A stretch of DNA of 18,172 bases from Fidelibacterota bacterium (GTDB lineage: Bacteria; Fidelibacterota; Fidelibacteria; Fidelibacterales; Fidelibacteraceae): NCBI GenBank assembly GCA_034723415.1, contig JAYEOX010000109.1, positions 63,819-81,990 of the forward strand, in the 5' to 3' direction. The notes beneath the pieces are model-generated. The model did not search any database. It had not been told where the DNA came from and was given only the letters and a program-made list of their open reading frames with translations. Positions 1-9,774 of the stretch are shown here, piece after piece; positions within the stretch are counted from its first letter, which is position 1; the number at the start of each line of letters is the position of its first letter. The position numbers and the translations under genes were made by a program.

Positions 1-41
1 CAGATAGTAATAATATTTATATTGAAAAAAATGGGAATCAA

Positions 42-581
42 TTGGGAAATTTAAAAGAGAAAAAAATAAGAAGTGAAAATATTTTTGATGGCGTACTTTT
101 AAATGTTAAAAAAGATATAGTCGAATTACCAGATGGTAATAAGACAGTACGTGAATATATTGTTCATCCGGGAGCCGTTGTTATTGTTGCATTTTTACCT
201 AATGGAAATATTATTTTGGAAAGACAATTTCGTTATCCTGTTGGGAAAGTTTTTATTGAATTGCCTGCAGGTAAAATTGATGCAGGTGAAAATTTAGAAG
301 ATACAGCAAAACGTGAAATGGCTGAAGAAACCGGTTATCATCCGAATAGTTTACAATATATTGGGAAATTATATCCGGGAATTGGTTATTCCGATGAAGT
401 GATTTATATTTATAAAGCAGATAGATTGGAAAAAAGAAATTTAAGTAGTGATGATGATGAATTTATTGAGATATTCGATGTTCCATTTAAAACAGCTTAT
501 CAGATGGTAATGAGTGGTGAGATAGTTGATGCAAAATCAATGATTGGAATTATGATGGTGAAGGGAAAGTTTGATATTTAG
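42..581 (+). CDS. nudF: Nudix hydrolase, ADP-ribose/ADP-sugar pyrophosphatase (NudF-like)
   Basis: Nudix box GKIDAGENLEDTAKREMAEETGY; REYIVHPGAV, QFRYP, ELPAG and C-terminal IVDAKS typical of ADPRases; TTG start. Confidence 0.85.
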   Translation: MGNLKEKKIRSENIFDGVLLNVKKDIVELPDGNKTVREYIVHPGAVVIVAFLPNGNIILERQFRYPVGKVFIELPAGKIDAGENLEDTAKREMAEETGYHPNSLQYIGKLYPGIGYSDEVIYIYKADRLEKRNLSSDDDEFIEIFDVPFKTAYQMVMSGEIVDAKSMIGIMMVKGKFDI

Positions 582-870
582 TCTCTTGCAAAGTTTGCCA
601 AGAAGTGTAAAAAACGCAAAAAATATTTTTAGAAATTAGAAATTGCCTACACGCCGCAAGCGGGGAAATTAAAAAGGATTTCCACGAATACATAAATATG
701 AATTTGATGCTTGAAATTTGAAATTTGAAGTTGGACAATGGAAAATGTAGAATGGAGAACGAATGTGTCTTTGGATGATATTTTAACTTTAAGAAATATG
801 AAAATTGAAAATAGTTGAAAATACAAATTGCCACGAGTTTTAAATTATGGATTGAAAAACACACGGAATT
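582..870. repeat. Mosaic intergenic short-repeat region (degenerate heptamer arrays, small GC-rich module, CCACGA motifs)
   Basis: 7-bp period at 704-759 (ttgatgc ttgaaat ttgaaat ttgaagt tggacaa tggaaaa tgtagaa tggagaa) and 629-675; CCACGAATACATAAATA at 682-698 recurs at 14523-14539. Confidence 0.75.
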
Positions 871-1800
871 ATGAAATTATCATTATTAAAATTACAACAA
901 TTAAAAAAAGAAATTAATATTGATTTAATTGGTGTCGCAAAAGCCGAACATTTAAAAAAAGATGAAAATGTATATAAAGATTGGTTAAAAAAAAATTATC
1001 ATGCCGATATGAATTGGATGGAGAAACATTTAGATAAACGAAGCAATCCTGAATTGTTATTTCCAAACACAAAATCTGTTATTGTAATTGGAATGAATTA
1101 TTATAATAAAATTTCACAAAAAGAAATAGGCGATTTATTAGTTTCAAAATATGTGACAAAAATTGATTATCATAAATTCGTGAAAAACAAGTTATATTTG
1201 CTATTGAAAAAGTTGAAAGAAATTGACAGTTCTATAAAAGGAAGAGCTTTTGTTGACACGGCACCGATATTTGAGAAAGCATGGGCGATTAAAGCCGGAA
1301 TTGGTTGGCGTGGGAAAAATTCTTTGGTGATTTCACCTGAATACGGTTCGTGGATATTTCTTGGTATTTTACTTGTAAATGTAGAATTTGACAGATATTC
1401 AAAAGAGAAAAAAAATCAGTGCGGAGATTGTAATTTATGTATTGATGCTTGTCCCACAAATGCAATTTTGGAAGGCAATAAAATTGATGCAAACAGATGT
1501 ATTTCATATTGGACTGTTGAAAATAATGATGAAAAATTGCCGGAAAATATTGAATTAGAAAATTGGATTTACGGCTGTGATATTTGTCAAAATGTGTGCC
1601 CGTTTAACAAACAAAATTCTAAAAAAACAGTTCATCAGGAATTTGAATTGAAAAAAACATTACAAAATAGATCAAAAAAATATTGGGAAAAATTATCCGA
1701 AAAAGAATACAAAAAAATAAAGAAAAACACAGCAATGGAAAGAAAAAGATTTTTGTTTATTTTGAGAGATATAAATCATAACTTACAGTATAATAAATAA
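871..1800 (+). CDS. queG: tRNA epoxyqueuosine(34) reductase QueG
   Basis: DYH, FVDTAPIFEK, AGIGWRGKNSL, GSWIFLG; Fe-S motifs CGDCNLCIDACP, CISY, GCDICQNVCP. Confidence 0.95.
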   Translation: MKLSLLKLQQLKKEINIDLIGVAKAEHLKKDENVYKDWLKKNYHADMNWMEKHLDKRSNPELLFPNTKSVIVIGMNYYNKISQKEIGDLLVSKYVTKIDYHKFVKNKLYLLLKKLKEIDSSIKGRAFVDTAPIFEKAWAIKAGIGWRGKNSLVISPEYGSWIFLGILLVNVEFDRYSKEKKNQCGDCNLCIDACPTNAILEGNKIDANRCISYWTVENNDEKLPENIELENWIYGCDICQNVCPFNKQNSKKTVHQEFELKKTLQNRSKKYWEKLSEKEYKKIKKNTAMERKRFLFILRDINHNLQYNK

Positions 1801-1828
1801 GAGTAAAATATATTTTGGAGAAATATTT

Positions 1829-4012
1829 ATGAATAAAAAACAGATAGGAACGCTTAAAAAAATATCAGCAGGAGAATGTTACAATCCACATTCGGTTTTA
1901 GGAATTCATGAGGATTCTTCTCTTAAGAAAATAATAAGAATTTATCAGCAGAATGTTAAGAAAATATATATTCAGACGATGGATTCTTATAAAAAGAAAT
2001 ATGAGTTAAAAAAGGCAGGCGTAGATAATTTATGGGAAGTTTCTGTAAAGCGAAAAAGATTCTTTAACTATAAAGTTTTTGTTGAATATGAAAATGGAGA
2101 CAAATATAATTATATAGATCCATATCAATTTGCTCCAACGCTTACAGAAGAAGATCTGTATCTTTTTGGTAAGGGAGATAATCATTTTGTATATGAAAAA
2201 TTAGGAGCTAATCCCAAAACGGTTGATGGAATAAAAGGAGTTAGCTTTGCCGTTTGGGCGCCAGCTGCTCGTCGTGTTAGTGTTGTAGGAAATTTCAACT
2301 TGTGGAATGGATTGCTTCATCAGATGAGAAGTTTAGGTAATTCGGGTGTTTGGGAGATTTTCATTCCGGAAATTGAAGTAGGAGAATTATATAAATTTGA
2401 AATTTTAACTCAGTCAGATGGATTAAAAATAAAGTCAGATCCTTATGGAAAATATTTTCAGATGAGACCGAATAATGCTTCGATTGTTTATGAATCAAAT
2501 TATAAATGGGAAGATAAAAAATATTTTAATAACAAACCTGAAAATGTAAGTGATAAACCAATGAATGTTTATGAAGTTCATTTGGGTTCTTGGAAAAGAG
2601 ACGAAAATTGGGAATGGTATTCATATCGCGAAATTGCTCCAAGGTTAATTGAGCATGTGAAAAAATTAGGATTTACACATATTGAATTTATGCCGTTATC
2701 TGAATATCCCTTTGACGGATCGTGGGGCTATCAAGTTACCGGATATTATGCTTTGACAAGTAGATTTGGCACACCGGATGATTTTAAATATCTCGTTGAT
2801 CAGTGTCATCAAAATGGAATTGGAATAATTATGGATTGGGTTCCCGCTCACTTTCCAAAAGATGATTTTGCATTAAGAAGATTTGATGGGACTGCGCTTT
2901 ATGAACATGAAAATCCAAAGCAGGGTGAACATCCTGATTGGGGAACGCTTATTTTTAATTATGGACGAGACGAAGTAAAGAATTTTTTACTTTCCAATGC
3001 AATTTATTTATTAAAAGAATTCCATATCGATGGCTTGAGAATTGATGCTGTTGCAAGTATGATATATTTGGATTATAGTAGAAATGAAGGTGAATGGATT
3101 CCAAATAAATATGGCGGAAATGAAAATTTAGAAGCAATTGGTTTCATGAAACATTTGACGACAGTCATTGGAAAATATTATCCGAATGCTCTAATTATTG
3201 CGGAAGAATCTACAGCTTGGGGAGGTGTCAGTAACCCTGTTTATGCAGGTGGATTGGGATTTGATTATAAGTGGAATATGGGTTGGATGAATGATTTTCT
3301 TGAATATATGAAAAAAGATCCAATTCATAGAAAATATCACCATAATGAATTAACTTTTTCAATGCTTTACGCATATACTGAAAAATTCATTTTGGTTTTA
3401 AGCCACGATGAAATCGTTCACGGAAAGAGTTCACTTCTAAGTAAAATGCCGGGTGATGATTGGCAAAAATTCGCTAATTTCAAATTGATGTTAGCATTTA
3501 TGTATTCTCATCCAGGCAAAAAATTACTATTTATGGGTTCGGAATTTGCTCCTTGGAATGAGTGGAATGAAATGCAGGGTGTTCAATGGGAATTATCACA
3601 ATGGTCGCCACATAAAAATGCAGAAATATTCTTAAAACAACTGAATCATTTATATTTACAAGAGCCAGCATTTTGGGAAAAAGACAATGATCCATCCGGA
3701 TTTGAGTGGATAGATAGTAACAATTCTGATCAGTCAATCGTAAGTTTTATTAGGCATGGTAAAAAGAAAAAGGATGATTTGATTATAATATGTAATTTCA
3801 CACCTGAAACATATTTTGATTTTCGACTTGGTGTGAATAAAAAAGGAAAATATAAAGAAATTTTCAATACTGATAATAAGGATATTAATGGAAGCGGCGT
3901 TATTCAAAATGGAATTCACGAAACTGAAAATGTAAATTGGAATGGAAAGGATCAATCCATAGTTTTTGGATTACCACCATTGGGAACTGTCATTTTTAAG
4001 AAGGTGAATTAA
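1829..4012 (+). CDS. glgB: 1,4-alpha-glucan branching enzyme (GH13)
   Basis: FAVWAP, YEVHLGSW, SWGYQ, DWVPAHFP, catalytic DGLRIDAVASM / IAEEST / LSHDEIVHGK; GGAG RBS upstream. Confidence 0.97.
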   Translation: MNKKQIGTLKKISAGECYNPHSVLGIHEDSSLKKIIRIYQQNVKKIYIQTMDSYKKKYELKKAGVDNLWEVSVKRKRFFNYKVFVEYENGDKYNYIDPYQFAPTLTEEDLYLFGKGDNHFVYEKLGANPKTVDGIKGVSFAVWAPAARRVSVVGNFNLWNGLLHQMRSLGNSGVWEIFIPEIEVGELYKFEILTQSDGLKIKSDPYGKYFQMRPNNASIVYESNYKWEDKKYFNNKPENVSDKPMNVYEVHLGSWKRDENWEWYSYREIAPRLIEHVKKLGFTHIEFMPLSEYPFDGSWGYQVTGYYALTSRFGTPDDFKYLVDQCHQNGIGIIMDWVPAHFPKDDFALRRFDGTALYEHENPKQGEHPDWGTLIFNYGRDEVKNFLLSNAIYLLKEFHIDGLRIDAVASMIYLDYSRNEGEWIPNKYGGNENLEAIGFMKHLTTVIGKYYPNALIIAEESTAWGGVSNPVYAGGLGFDYKWNMGWMNDFLEYMKKDPIHRKYHHNELTFSMLYAYTEKFILVLSHDEIVHGKSSLLSKMPGDDWQKFANFKLMLAFMYSHPGKKLLFMGSEFAPWNEWNEMQGVQWELSQWSPHKNAEIFLKQLNHLYLQEPAFWEKDNDPSGFEWIDSNNSDQSIVSFIRHGKKKKDDLIIICNFTPETYFDFRLGVNKKGKYKEIFNTDNKDINGSGVIQNGIHETENVNWNGKDQSIVFGLPPLGTVIFKKVN

Positions 4013-4051
4013 TGCTAAATATCTCATTTTTAAATTTAATGAAATATTATT

Positions 4052-5734
4052 ATGCGAAAATGTTTTAAAATAATAATTATATCTGTATTATTAATAGTAA
4101 GTTCATTATTTTCTACTCAAATACATGTTCCTATTAATGATCCGATATATTCATATTTGGATCGAATGGCAACGATGGGAATTGTTCGCAATATCTTTAA
4201 TGATGCATTGCCATTGAATAGGGGTGAAATAGCAGAATCATTAAAAAAAATATATGAGAAAAAAGATCAGCTTTCTAGAGTAGATAGAAAAATATTATAT
4301 GAGTATATATCAGATTATCGTTATGAATTTGGTGGCAAAAAACATTGGAAAATAAAAGATAATTCAAATACATATTTTAGATTTAGCAAAGGGGAAAATT
4401 TTAAAAACGACTTAAAAGATATTTTTACATATCGTGATAATGCAGAAGATTTACATCTATTTACATATGAAAAAAACAACGAATTATTATGGCTGGATTT
4501 TGATTTTTATGATAGAGTTGAAATGCAAAATAAATCCTTTAGAACAATTGGAGCGATGGGTTTTATAATCTCATCGCAAATTGGAGAGCATTTTTCATTA
4601 TACATGGATGCTTATGAATATGGTCAAACAACGCAAGAAGGATTCGATTATCTTTCATCTGAAATGAGCAATCCTTTTAACCATATTGTTGAAGATATTT
4701 ACTTTGCCGACAAATCGGATGCCTATATTCAATATACTTCAAAATTAGGAAGCTTTACATTGGGAAAGGAACCACTTCATTGGGGAAATTCAGATAATTC
4801 ATTGATTTTATCTAAGTCGGATTCTAATGCATCTTATGCTTTTATAAAATGGGAACGGAAGTTCTATAAGTCAAAATTTACTTTTTTGCACGGTTCCTTA
4901 TTACCAAAAGATTCATATATTGAACAAGTAAGTGAAAGAGAAGCATATAGTAACAAATATTTAGTTGGGCATCGTTGGGAGTTCATGCCATGGGATAAAT
5001 TTCATTTAGGATTTACTGAGATGGTAGTTTATGGTGAACGAAATCCGGATTTGACTTATCTAATCCCGTCGGTTTTTTTATGGCCTTCACAACATAATTT
5101 AATGGATAGAGATAATACGATGATGTCATTTGAATTTGAGTATTTTCCTTTTAATAAAATGAAGTTATATGGAACTTGGTATTTGGATGAATTAAGTTTT
5201 GATAAATTGTTCAGTAAATGGTGGGGAAATAAATTTGGTTATCAAATGGGGGTTCATTTCACACCGAAATTATCAAAATTATCTACCGATTTTATTTTTG
5301 AATTTACTGCTGTTAGGCCTTGGACATATACACATAAATATTCTATAAATTCTTATACGCACGCAGGTGAAAATTTAGGATTTGAATATGGTCCGAATAC
5401 TCAATTATTTCATGTTCAAAACAGATGGTGGATTACAAAAAGGCAAACAATGACATTTGAATATCAGTTATTAAAAAGAGGAATAAAATCAGCTTCAGAT
5501 ACAACGAGTTATGTTATAGGAAATGATGCAAATCAAAGTTACAATAATAGAAATCCCGAATATGATATGTCAACTGACGGATTAATGGGTGAAGTAATTG
5601 ATGTAAATTCTTTTTCAATGAATTGGTATTATCAATTAAGTAATGATCTTTATATTAATGCTAAATATAAAATTAGAAAAATTCAGGAAGAAATTGATAA
5701 TTTTGTATCATTAGAATTACGCTTTAAATTATAA
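4052..5734 (+). CDS. Capsule assembly Wzi-family outer-membrane beta-barrel protein
   Basis: Signal peptide; N-terminal 'DPIYSYLDRM..G' helical part; LHWG...SLILS, GHRWE, E.VVYG, YTH, LG..YGPN motifs; C-terminal beta-strand LELRFKL. Confidence 0.7.
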   Translation: MRKCFKIIIISVLLIVSSLFSTQIHVPINDPIYSYLDRMATMGIVRNIFNDALPLNRGEIAESLKKIYEKKDQLSRVDRKILYEYISDYRYEFGGKKHWKIKDNSNTYFRFSKGENFKNDLKDIFTYRDNAEDLHLFTYEKNNELLWLDFDFYDRVEMQNKSFRTIGAMGFIISSQIGEHFSLYMDAYEYGQTTQEGFDYLSSEMSNPFNHIVEDIYFADKSDAYIQYTSKLGSFTLGKEPLHWGNSDNSLILSKSDSNASYAFIKWERKFYKSKFTFLHGSLLPKDSYIEQVSEREAYSNKYLVGHRWEFMPWDKFHLGFTEMVVYGERNPDLTYLIPSVFLWPSQHNLMDRDNTMMSFEFEYFPFNKMKLYGTWYLDELSFDKLFSKWWGNKFGYQMGVHFTPKLSKLSTDFIFEFTAVRPWTYTHKYSINSYTHAGENLGFEYGPNTQLFHVQNRWWITKRQTMTFEYQLLKRGIKSASDTTSYVIGNDANQSYNNRNPEYDMSTDGLMGEVIDVNSFSMNWYYQLSNDLYINAKYKIRKIQEEIDNFVSLELRFKL

Positions 5735-5837
5735 ATAATTTTTAAAATTTATGAAAAAGAGTATAATATGCATTATCCAACTAATAATTTCATTAAGTAT
5801 TGTGATGATAATAAAAATATAAATTGTGGAGAATGAA

Positions 5838-6953
5838 ATGTTAAATGTGACTATTATTTTTATTATTTCAATTTATGTATTAATTACAATTCTCATGTTA
5901 TTTGGATTGAATAAAAATTCTGCAATCCAAAATAATGAATTGAAAAGTTTCTCTATTGTTATTTCAGTGAAAAATGAAGTCAATAATATAAAATATTTAT
6001 TGAGAAGTTTAACTAAAATTGATTATCCTCAAGAATTATTAGAAATAATAATTGTCGATAATGGTTCAAATGATTATACGGGGGGAATTGCATCCAAATT
6101 TTGTGAAAAATATGATCATTTTAAATTTATTAAAGCAGAGGATAAAAGTAACAATGGACTTAAGGGGAAACGTTATGGTTTACAGCAAGGTATTCTAAAG
6201 AGTTCAGGAGAAATAATTCTTGTTACTGATGGTGATTGTAAAGTTCCGCCATCTTGGGTAAAATCCTATAATTCAAAATTTAGTAAAAAGATTGGTTTGA
6301 TAGCCGGTAGTATTTCTTTGATAGGAAAAAATCAAAAAGCTTCACGATTTGTAAAAGTGCAAGCTTTGGATTGGTTATTTTTACAGTCAATAGCAGCGGG
6401 TACTACTGGAATAAATCTACCGGTATCAATGCTTGGCGGGAATTTTGCAATAAGAAGAAAAACTTATAATGATATAGGCGGATTTGAAAAATTGGGTATT
6501 AATATTACTATAGATATGAAATTAATTCAAAAGGTATCTAAAAATAAAAAATGGAAAATTTTGTATTCTTCTGATAATAATCTTCTCGTTTATACTTTAC
6601 CGGCTGAAAACTTTAATGATTTTATTAGACAACGAAAACGGTGGGCAATGGGAGGCACTGATGTTTCAATTTGGGGAATATTTTTGCAAGCAACAGCTGT
6701 AATAACTCACTTGGTAATTATTTTTGGATTTTTATTACCGATCAGTAAATTTTTATTGTTATGTGGAATAATTAGTATTTTTTCAGTTGATTTTATTTTA
6801 CTCTTTAAACAACTTGTAAAGTTCAAAATGAAAAAATTACTTCTTTATTTTTTCCATTTTGAGTTGTTCTATATTTTTTACACCTTCATATTTATACCGA
6901 TTGTACTATTGTCAAAAAAGGTAAAATGGAAAGGCGAAGAGTATAAATTGTAA
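5838..6953 (+). CDS. Membrane glycosyltransferase family 2
   Basis: N-terminal TM; VDNGS.D, TDGD, TID, QRKRW (D,D,D,QxxRW); C-terminal TMs and V.WKG. Start moved from GTG 5826 to ATG 5838, which follows GGAG at 5828-5831. Confidence 0.88.
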   Translation: MLNVTIIFIISIYVLITILMLFGLNKNSAIQNNELKSFSIVISVKNEVNNIKYLLRSLTKIDYPQELLEIIIVDNGSNDYTGGIASKFCEKYDHFKFIKAEDKSNNGLKGKRYGLQQGILKSSGEIILVTDGDCKVPPSWVKSYNSKFSKKIGLIAGSISLIGKNQKASRFVKVQALDWLFLQSIAAGTTGINLPVSMLGGNFAIRRKTYNDIGGFEKLGINITIDMKLIQKVSKNKKWKILYSSDNNLLVYTLPAENFNDFIRQRKRWAMGGTDVSIWGIFLQATAVITHLVIIFGFLLPISKFLLLCGIISIFSVDFILLFKQLVKFKMKKLLLYFFHFELFYIFYTFIFIPIVLLSKKVKWKGEEYKL

Positions 6954-6970
6954 ATTATGGATTAGATTTT

Positions 6971-6992
6971 CCAATTAACCAATTAACCAATT
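6971..6992. repeat. Octamer tandem repeat (CCAATTAA)x2.75
   Basis: ccaattaa ccaattaa ccaatt between convergent GT2 and gcvPA. Confidence 0.7.
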
Positions 6993-7065
6993 TCTTAAGA
7001 TTTGCTCATTTTCGCAAGGATTCTGCTTAAATTAAAAATTTCTAAACTATTAAACTCCTAAATAA

Positions 7066-8406
7066 TCATTTAATATTTCTAAGAAATTCTAAATAATTAT
7101 CTAACTCACTGCGAGTTCTTTTTTCGGTTACGGCAATTATAAGTTCATGTGTTTTATTCGGAAAAAAATTATCTAATGAAATGCCGGCATAAATATTTTC
7201 ATCTTTAGCTTTTAATATTAAATCTTTAGCAGGTATCGGAGTTTTAATTACAAATTCCTTGAAAAATGGATTGTCAGTTACTTTGGAAAACCCATCTATT
7301 TTGATAATATTTTCATATAAATAATGTGATTTTTGAAGACAAAGATTTGCTGCATCTTTTAATCCTGATTTTCCCATCAAAGCCAAATAAATTGTAGCAG
7401 CCATAGCATTCAATCCTTCATTTGAACAGATATTACTTGTAGCTTTTTCACGCCTGATGTGTTGTTCTCTTGTTTGTAAAGTCAGAACGAATCCATCTTT
7501 TCCATTGCTATCTTTTGTCGCTCCGACAATTCGACCTGGCATTTTTCTGATATATTTTTTCTTTGTTGAAAATAATCCAAGGTATGGTCCGCCAAAATTT
7601 AGATGATTGCCCAACATTTGACCTTCTCCAACAACAATATCTGCATTATAATTTCCGGGTGGTTTAAGTAATGACAACGAGATTGCATCAATATTTGCAA
7701 TAAATAATGTTTTTTTGTCTTGAAGAATGTTTGATACTTTTTCCATATTTTCAATGTAACCAAAAAAGTTTGGAGATTGCATAATTACAGCTGCAACCTC
7801 ATTGTCTAAATTTTTTTCTATTTCTTCAATATCTGTAACCATATCTTTTGATTTAATTTTTACAATTTTTAATTCTGATGGTTCGCAGTAAGTTTCTAAA
7901 ACCTTTAGATAGTTTGGATTAACAGTTTCTGAAATGATAATTTTGTTTTTTCGTGTAATGTTTTTTGCCATTATAGTTGCTTCTGCCATTGCCGTTGCTC
8001 CATCATACATTGAGGCATTTGTAACATCCATTTGAGTTAATTCACAAATCATGGATTGAAATTCATACATTGCTTGCAAGGTTCCTTGACTGACTTCAGC
8101 TTGATAGGGAGTATATGCGGTTGCAAATTCGGATCTGGAAATTAAAAAATCGACAACTTTGGGAATAAAATGATCATAAACTCCACCACCTAAAAAGTTA
8201 CTTACTTTTTCTGTAGAGAGATTCTTTGAAGTGATTTGTGAAATTTCTTTTTCAATTTCAAGTTCACTTAATGGTTCTGGTAATGATAATTTTTGATCTG
8301 ATTTTAATACTTTTGGAATTGATTTTAACAGATCTTCGAATTTTTCAACACCGATTTTTTTAAGCATTTCATTAGTATCATTCTTTGTATTTGGAATGTA
8401 ACTCAT
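7066..8406 (-). CDS. gcvPA: Glycine dehydrogenase (decarboxylating) subunit 1
   Basis: 446 aa; FLGGG.Y.H, TAYTPYQAEVSQG.LQ, NASMYDGATA, GGPYLG, LQTREQHIRREKATSNICSN. Confidence 0.96.
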   Translation of the reverse strand: MSYIPNTKNDTNEMLKKIGVEKFEDLLKSIPKVLKSDQKLSLPEPLSELEIEKEISQITSKNLSTEKVSNFLGGGVYDHFIPKVVDFLISRSEFATAYTPYQAEVSQGTLQAMYEFQSMICELTQMDVTNASMYDGATAMAEATIMAKNITRKNKIIISETVNPNYLKVLETYCEPSELKIVKIKSKDMVTDIEEIEKNLDNEVAAVIMQSPNFFGYIENMEKVSNILQDKKTLFIANIDAISLSLLKPPGNYNADIVVGEGQMLGNHLNFGGPYLGLFSTKKKYIRKMPGRIVGATKDSNGKDGFVLTLQTREQHIRREKATSNICSNEGLNAMAATIYLALMGKSGLKDAANLCLQKSHYLYENIIKIDGFSKVTDNPFFKEFVIKTPIPAKDLILKAKDENIYAGISLDNFFPNKTHELIIAVTEKRTRSELDNYLEFLRNIK

Positions 8407-8440
8407 TAATAAGCTCCGTAATTAGTTTTTATAAAAAAAA

Positions 8441-8821
8441 TTATTTTCCAACAAATTCTTTATATGATTTGCTGTCCATTAGATTTCCTAATTCACTTTT
8501 ATCTGAAAATTCAATTTTTAATATCCATCCTTTTTCGTATGGATCAGAATTAATTATTTCAGGTTCATCATTTAACAATTCATTTATTTCCACTACTTTT
8601 CCTGAAAGTGGAGATAATATATCTGAAACGGTTTTTACTGCTTCAATTGTTCCAAATGGTTCGTTTTCTTCAACCTCATCATCAACTTCCGGTAATTCAA
8701 TAAAAACAACATCACCTAATTCACTTTGTGCAAATTCTGATATCCCTATAGTAGCAATATTACCATCGATTTTTATCCATTCGTGATCTTCTGAATATTT
8801 TAGATTTTCTGGGAAATTCAT
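8441..8821 (-). CDS. gcvH: Glycine cleavage system H protein
   Basis: YSEDHEW, AQSELGDVVFIELP, lipoyl-Lys motif IEAVKTVSD, INSDPYEKGW; AGGAG RBS on minus strand. Confidence 0.97.
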   Translation of the reverse strand: MNFPENLKYSEDHEWIKIDGNIATIGISEFAQSELGDVVFIELPEVDDEVEENEPFGTIEAVKTVSDILSPLSGKVVEINELLNDEPEIINSDPYEKGWILKIEFSDKSELGNLMDSKSYKEFVGK

Positions 8822-8958
8822 AATAAACTCCTTTATTTTTATTGATATAATTTAGTTAAAAATTGACAAAAAACAAAATATTTTATTGAAAGAAAATTGG
8901 AATATTTTTTGTTATAATATTTATAATTACTTTTGTTGATTATTATTAGATTTTGTTT

Positions 8959-8987
8959 TTGCTATTTTTCATTATTTCCCTTATCTT
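8959..8987 (+). promoter_or_regulatory. Putative sigma70 promoter for the Yip1 gene
   Basis: TTGCTA-17bp-TATCTT about 25 bp upstream of ATG 9013; an alternative extended -10 TGTTATAAT lies at 8910-8918. AT-rich context lowers specificity. Confidence 0.4.
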
Positions 8988-9012
8988 TATACAAAAAAAG
9001 GAGGAAACCAAA

Positions 9013-9723
9013 ATGCAAGAAGAAGTAAAAACCGATGTTTCATTTTTCTATCGTTTTGTGAATGTTTTTTTGAAACCATCGACATCTTTTCAATCAATCA
9101 AAAGAAAGATGACTTGGAAACAAACGATAATTCCAATAATTATTCTTATTTTAGTTAGTGTAGTAACTTACAACTTATTGTTACCCGTTACTATTCCTGA
9201 AGCTGAAAAACGAATAAATAAAGTCGAAATATTAAAGGGAGAACAAAAAATAGAACGGATAGAAAAAACTACAGACAGAATGAATGGTCCAATTCCATAT
9301 ATTGGAATAGTCGTTTCTCAGCCAATAATTATCTTAATAATTGGAGCAGTATTTTTATTTATTGGTAATATTATTGGTGGCGGGAAGGCAGAATTGTTAA
9401 AAATGATTGGAGTGGCATTATATATTCAAATGCTTGATATTGCAGCAAGTATTGTTAAGATTCCACTTATGTTATCTCAAAAAACCGTAGATGTTCAAAC
9501 AAGTTTGGCTTTAGCATTTCCGGAAATTGACACCTCAAATATTTGGTATAACATTGCAGCTCAATTCGATATTTTTAAAATTTGGAAAATTATTTTATGG
9601 ATAATAGCATTTGAAATTATTTATAAATATTCTGCTAAAAAATCATCATATCTTGTTATCCCTATTTGGGTTATTGTAGCTGCTATTAGTGTATTTTTCG
9701 CAAGTATGAATTTTGGCGGTTAA
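9013..9723 (+). CDS. Yip1-domain multi-pass membrane protein (YknW-like exporter accessory)
   Basis: 'VF.KP...F..I' Yip1 start and about 5 hydrophobic segments; start moved from TTG 8953 to ATG 9013 because AGGAGG lies at 8999-9004. Confidence 0.8.
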   Translation: MQEEVKTDVSFFYRFVNVFLKPSTSFQSIKRKMTWKQTIIPIIILILVSVVTYNLLLPVTIPEAEKRINKVEILKGEQKIERIEKTTDRMNGPIPYIGIVVSQPIIILIIGAVFLFIGNIIGGGKAELLKMIGVALYIQMLDIAASIVKIPLMLSQKTVDVQTSLALAFPEIDTSNIWYNIAAQFDIFKIWKIILWIIAFEIIYKYSAKKSSYLVIPIWVIVAAISVFFASMNFGG

Positions 9724-9774
9724 ATTTTTTGAATGTGAATAAACGGAATTAAATGATCAAATAGTATTTATTTT

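Noticed and set aside
550..864. 104-aa minus-strand ORF in the Nudix-queG spacer
   Set aside because: It is the translation of the AT-rich heptamer repeats (FPLSNFKFQISS), overlaps the Nudix gene and has no recognisable domain.
8822..9012. Glycine riboswitch upstream of gcvH
   Set aside because: The region is almost entirely A/T with no aptamer stems or recognisable conserved motifs.
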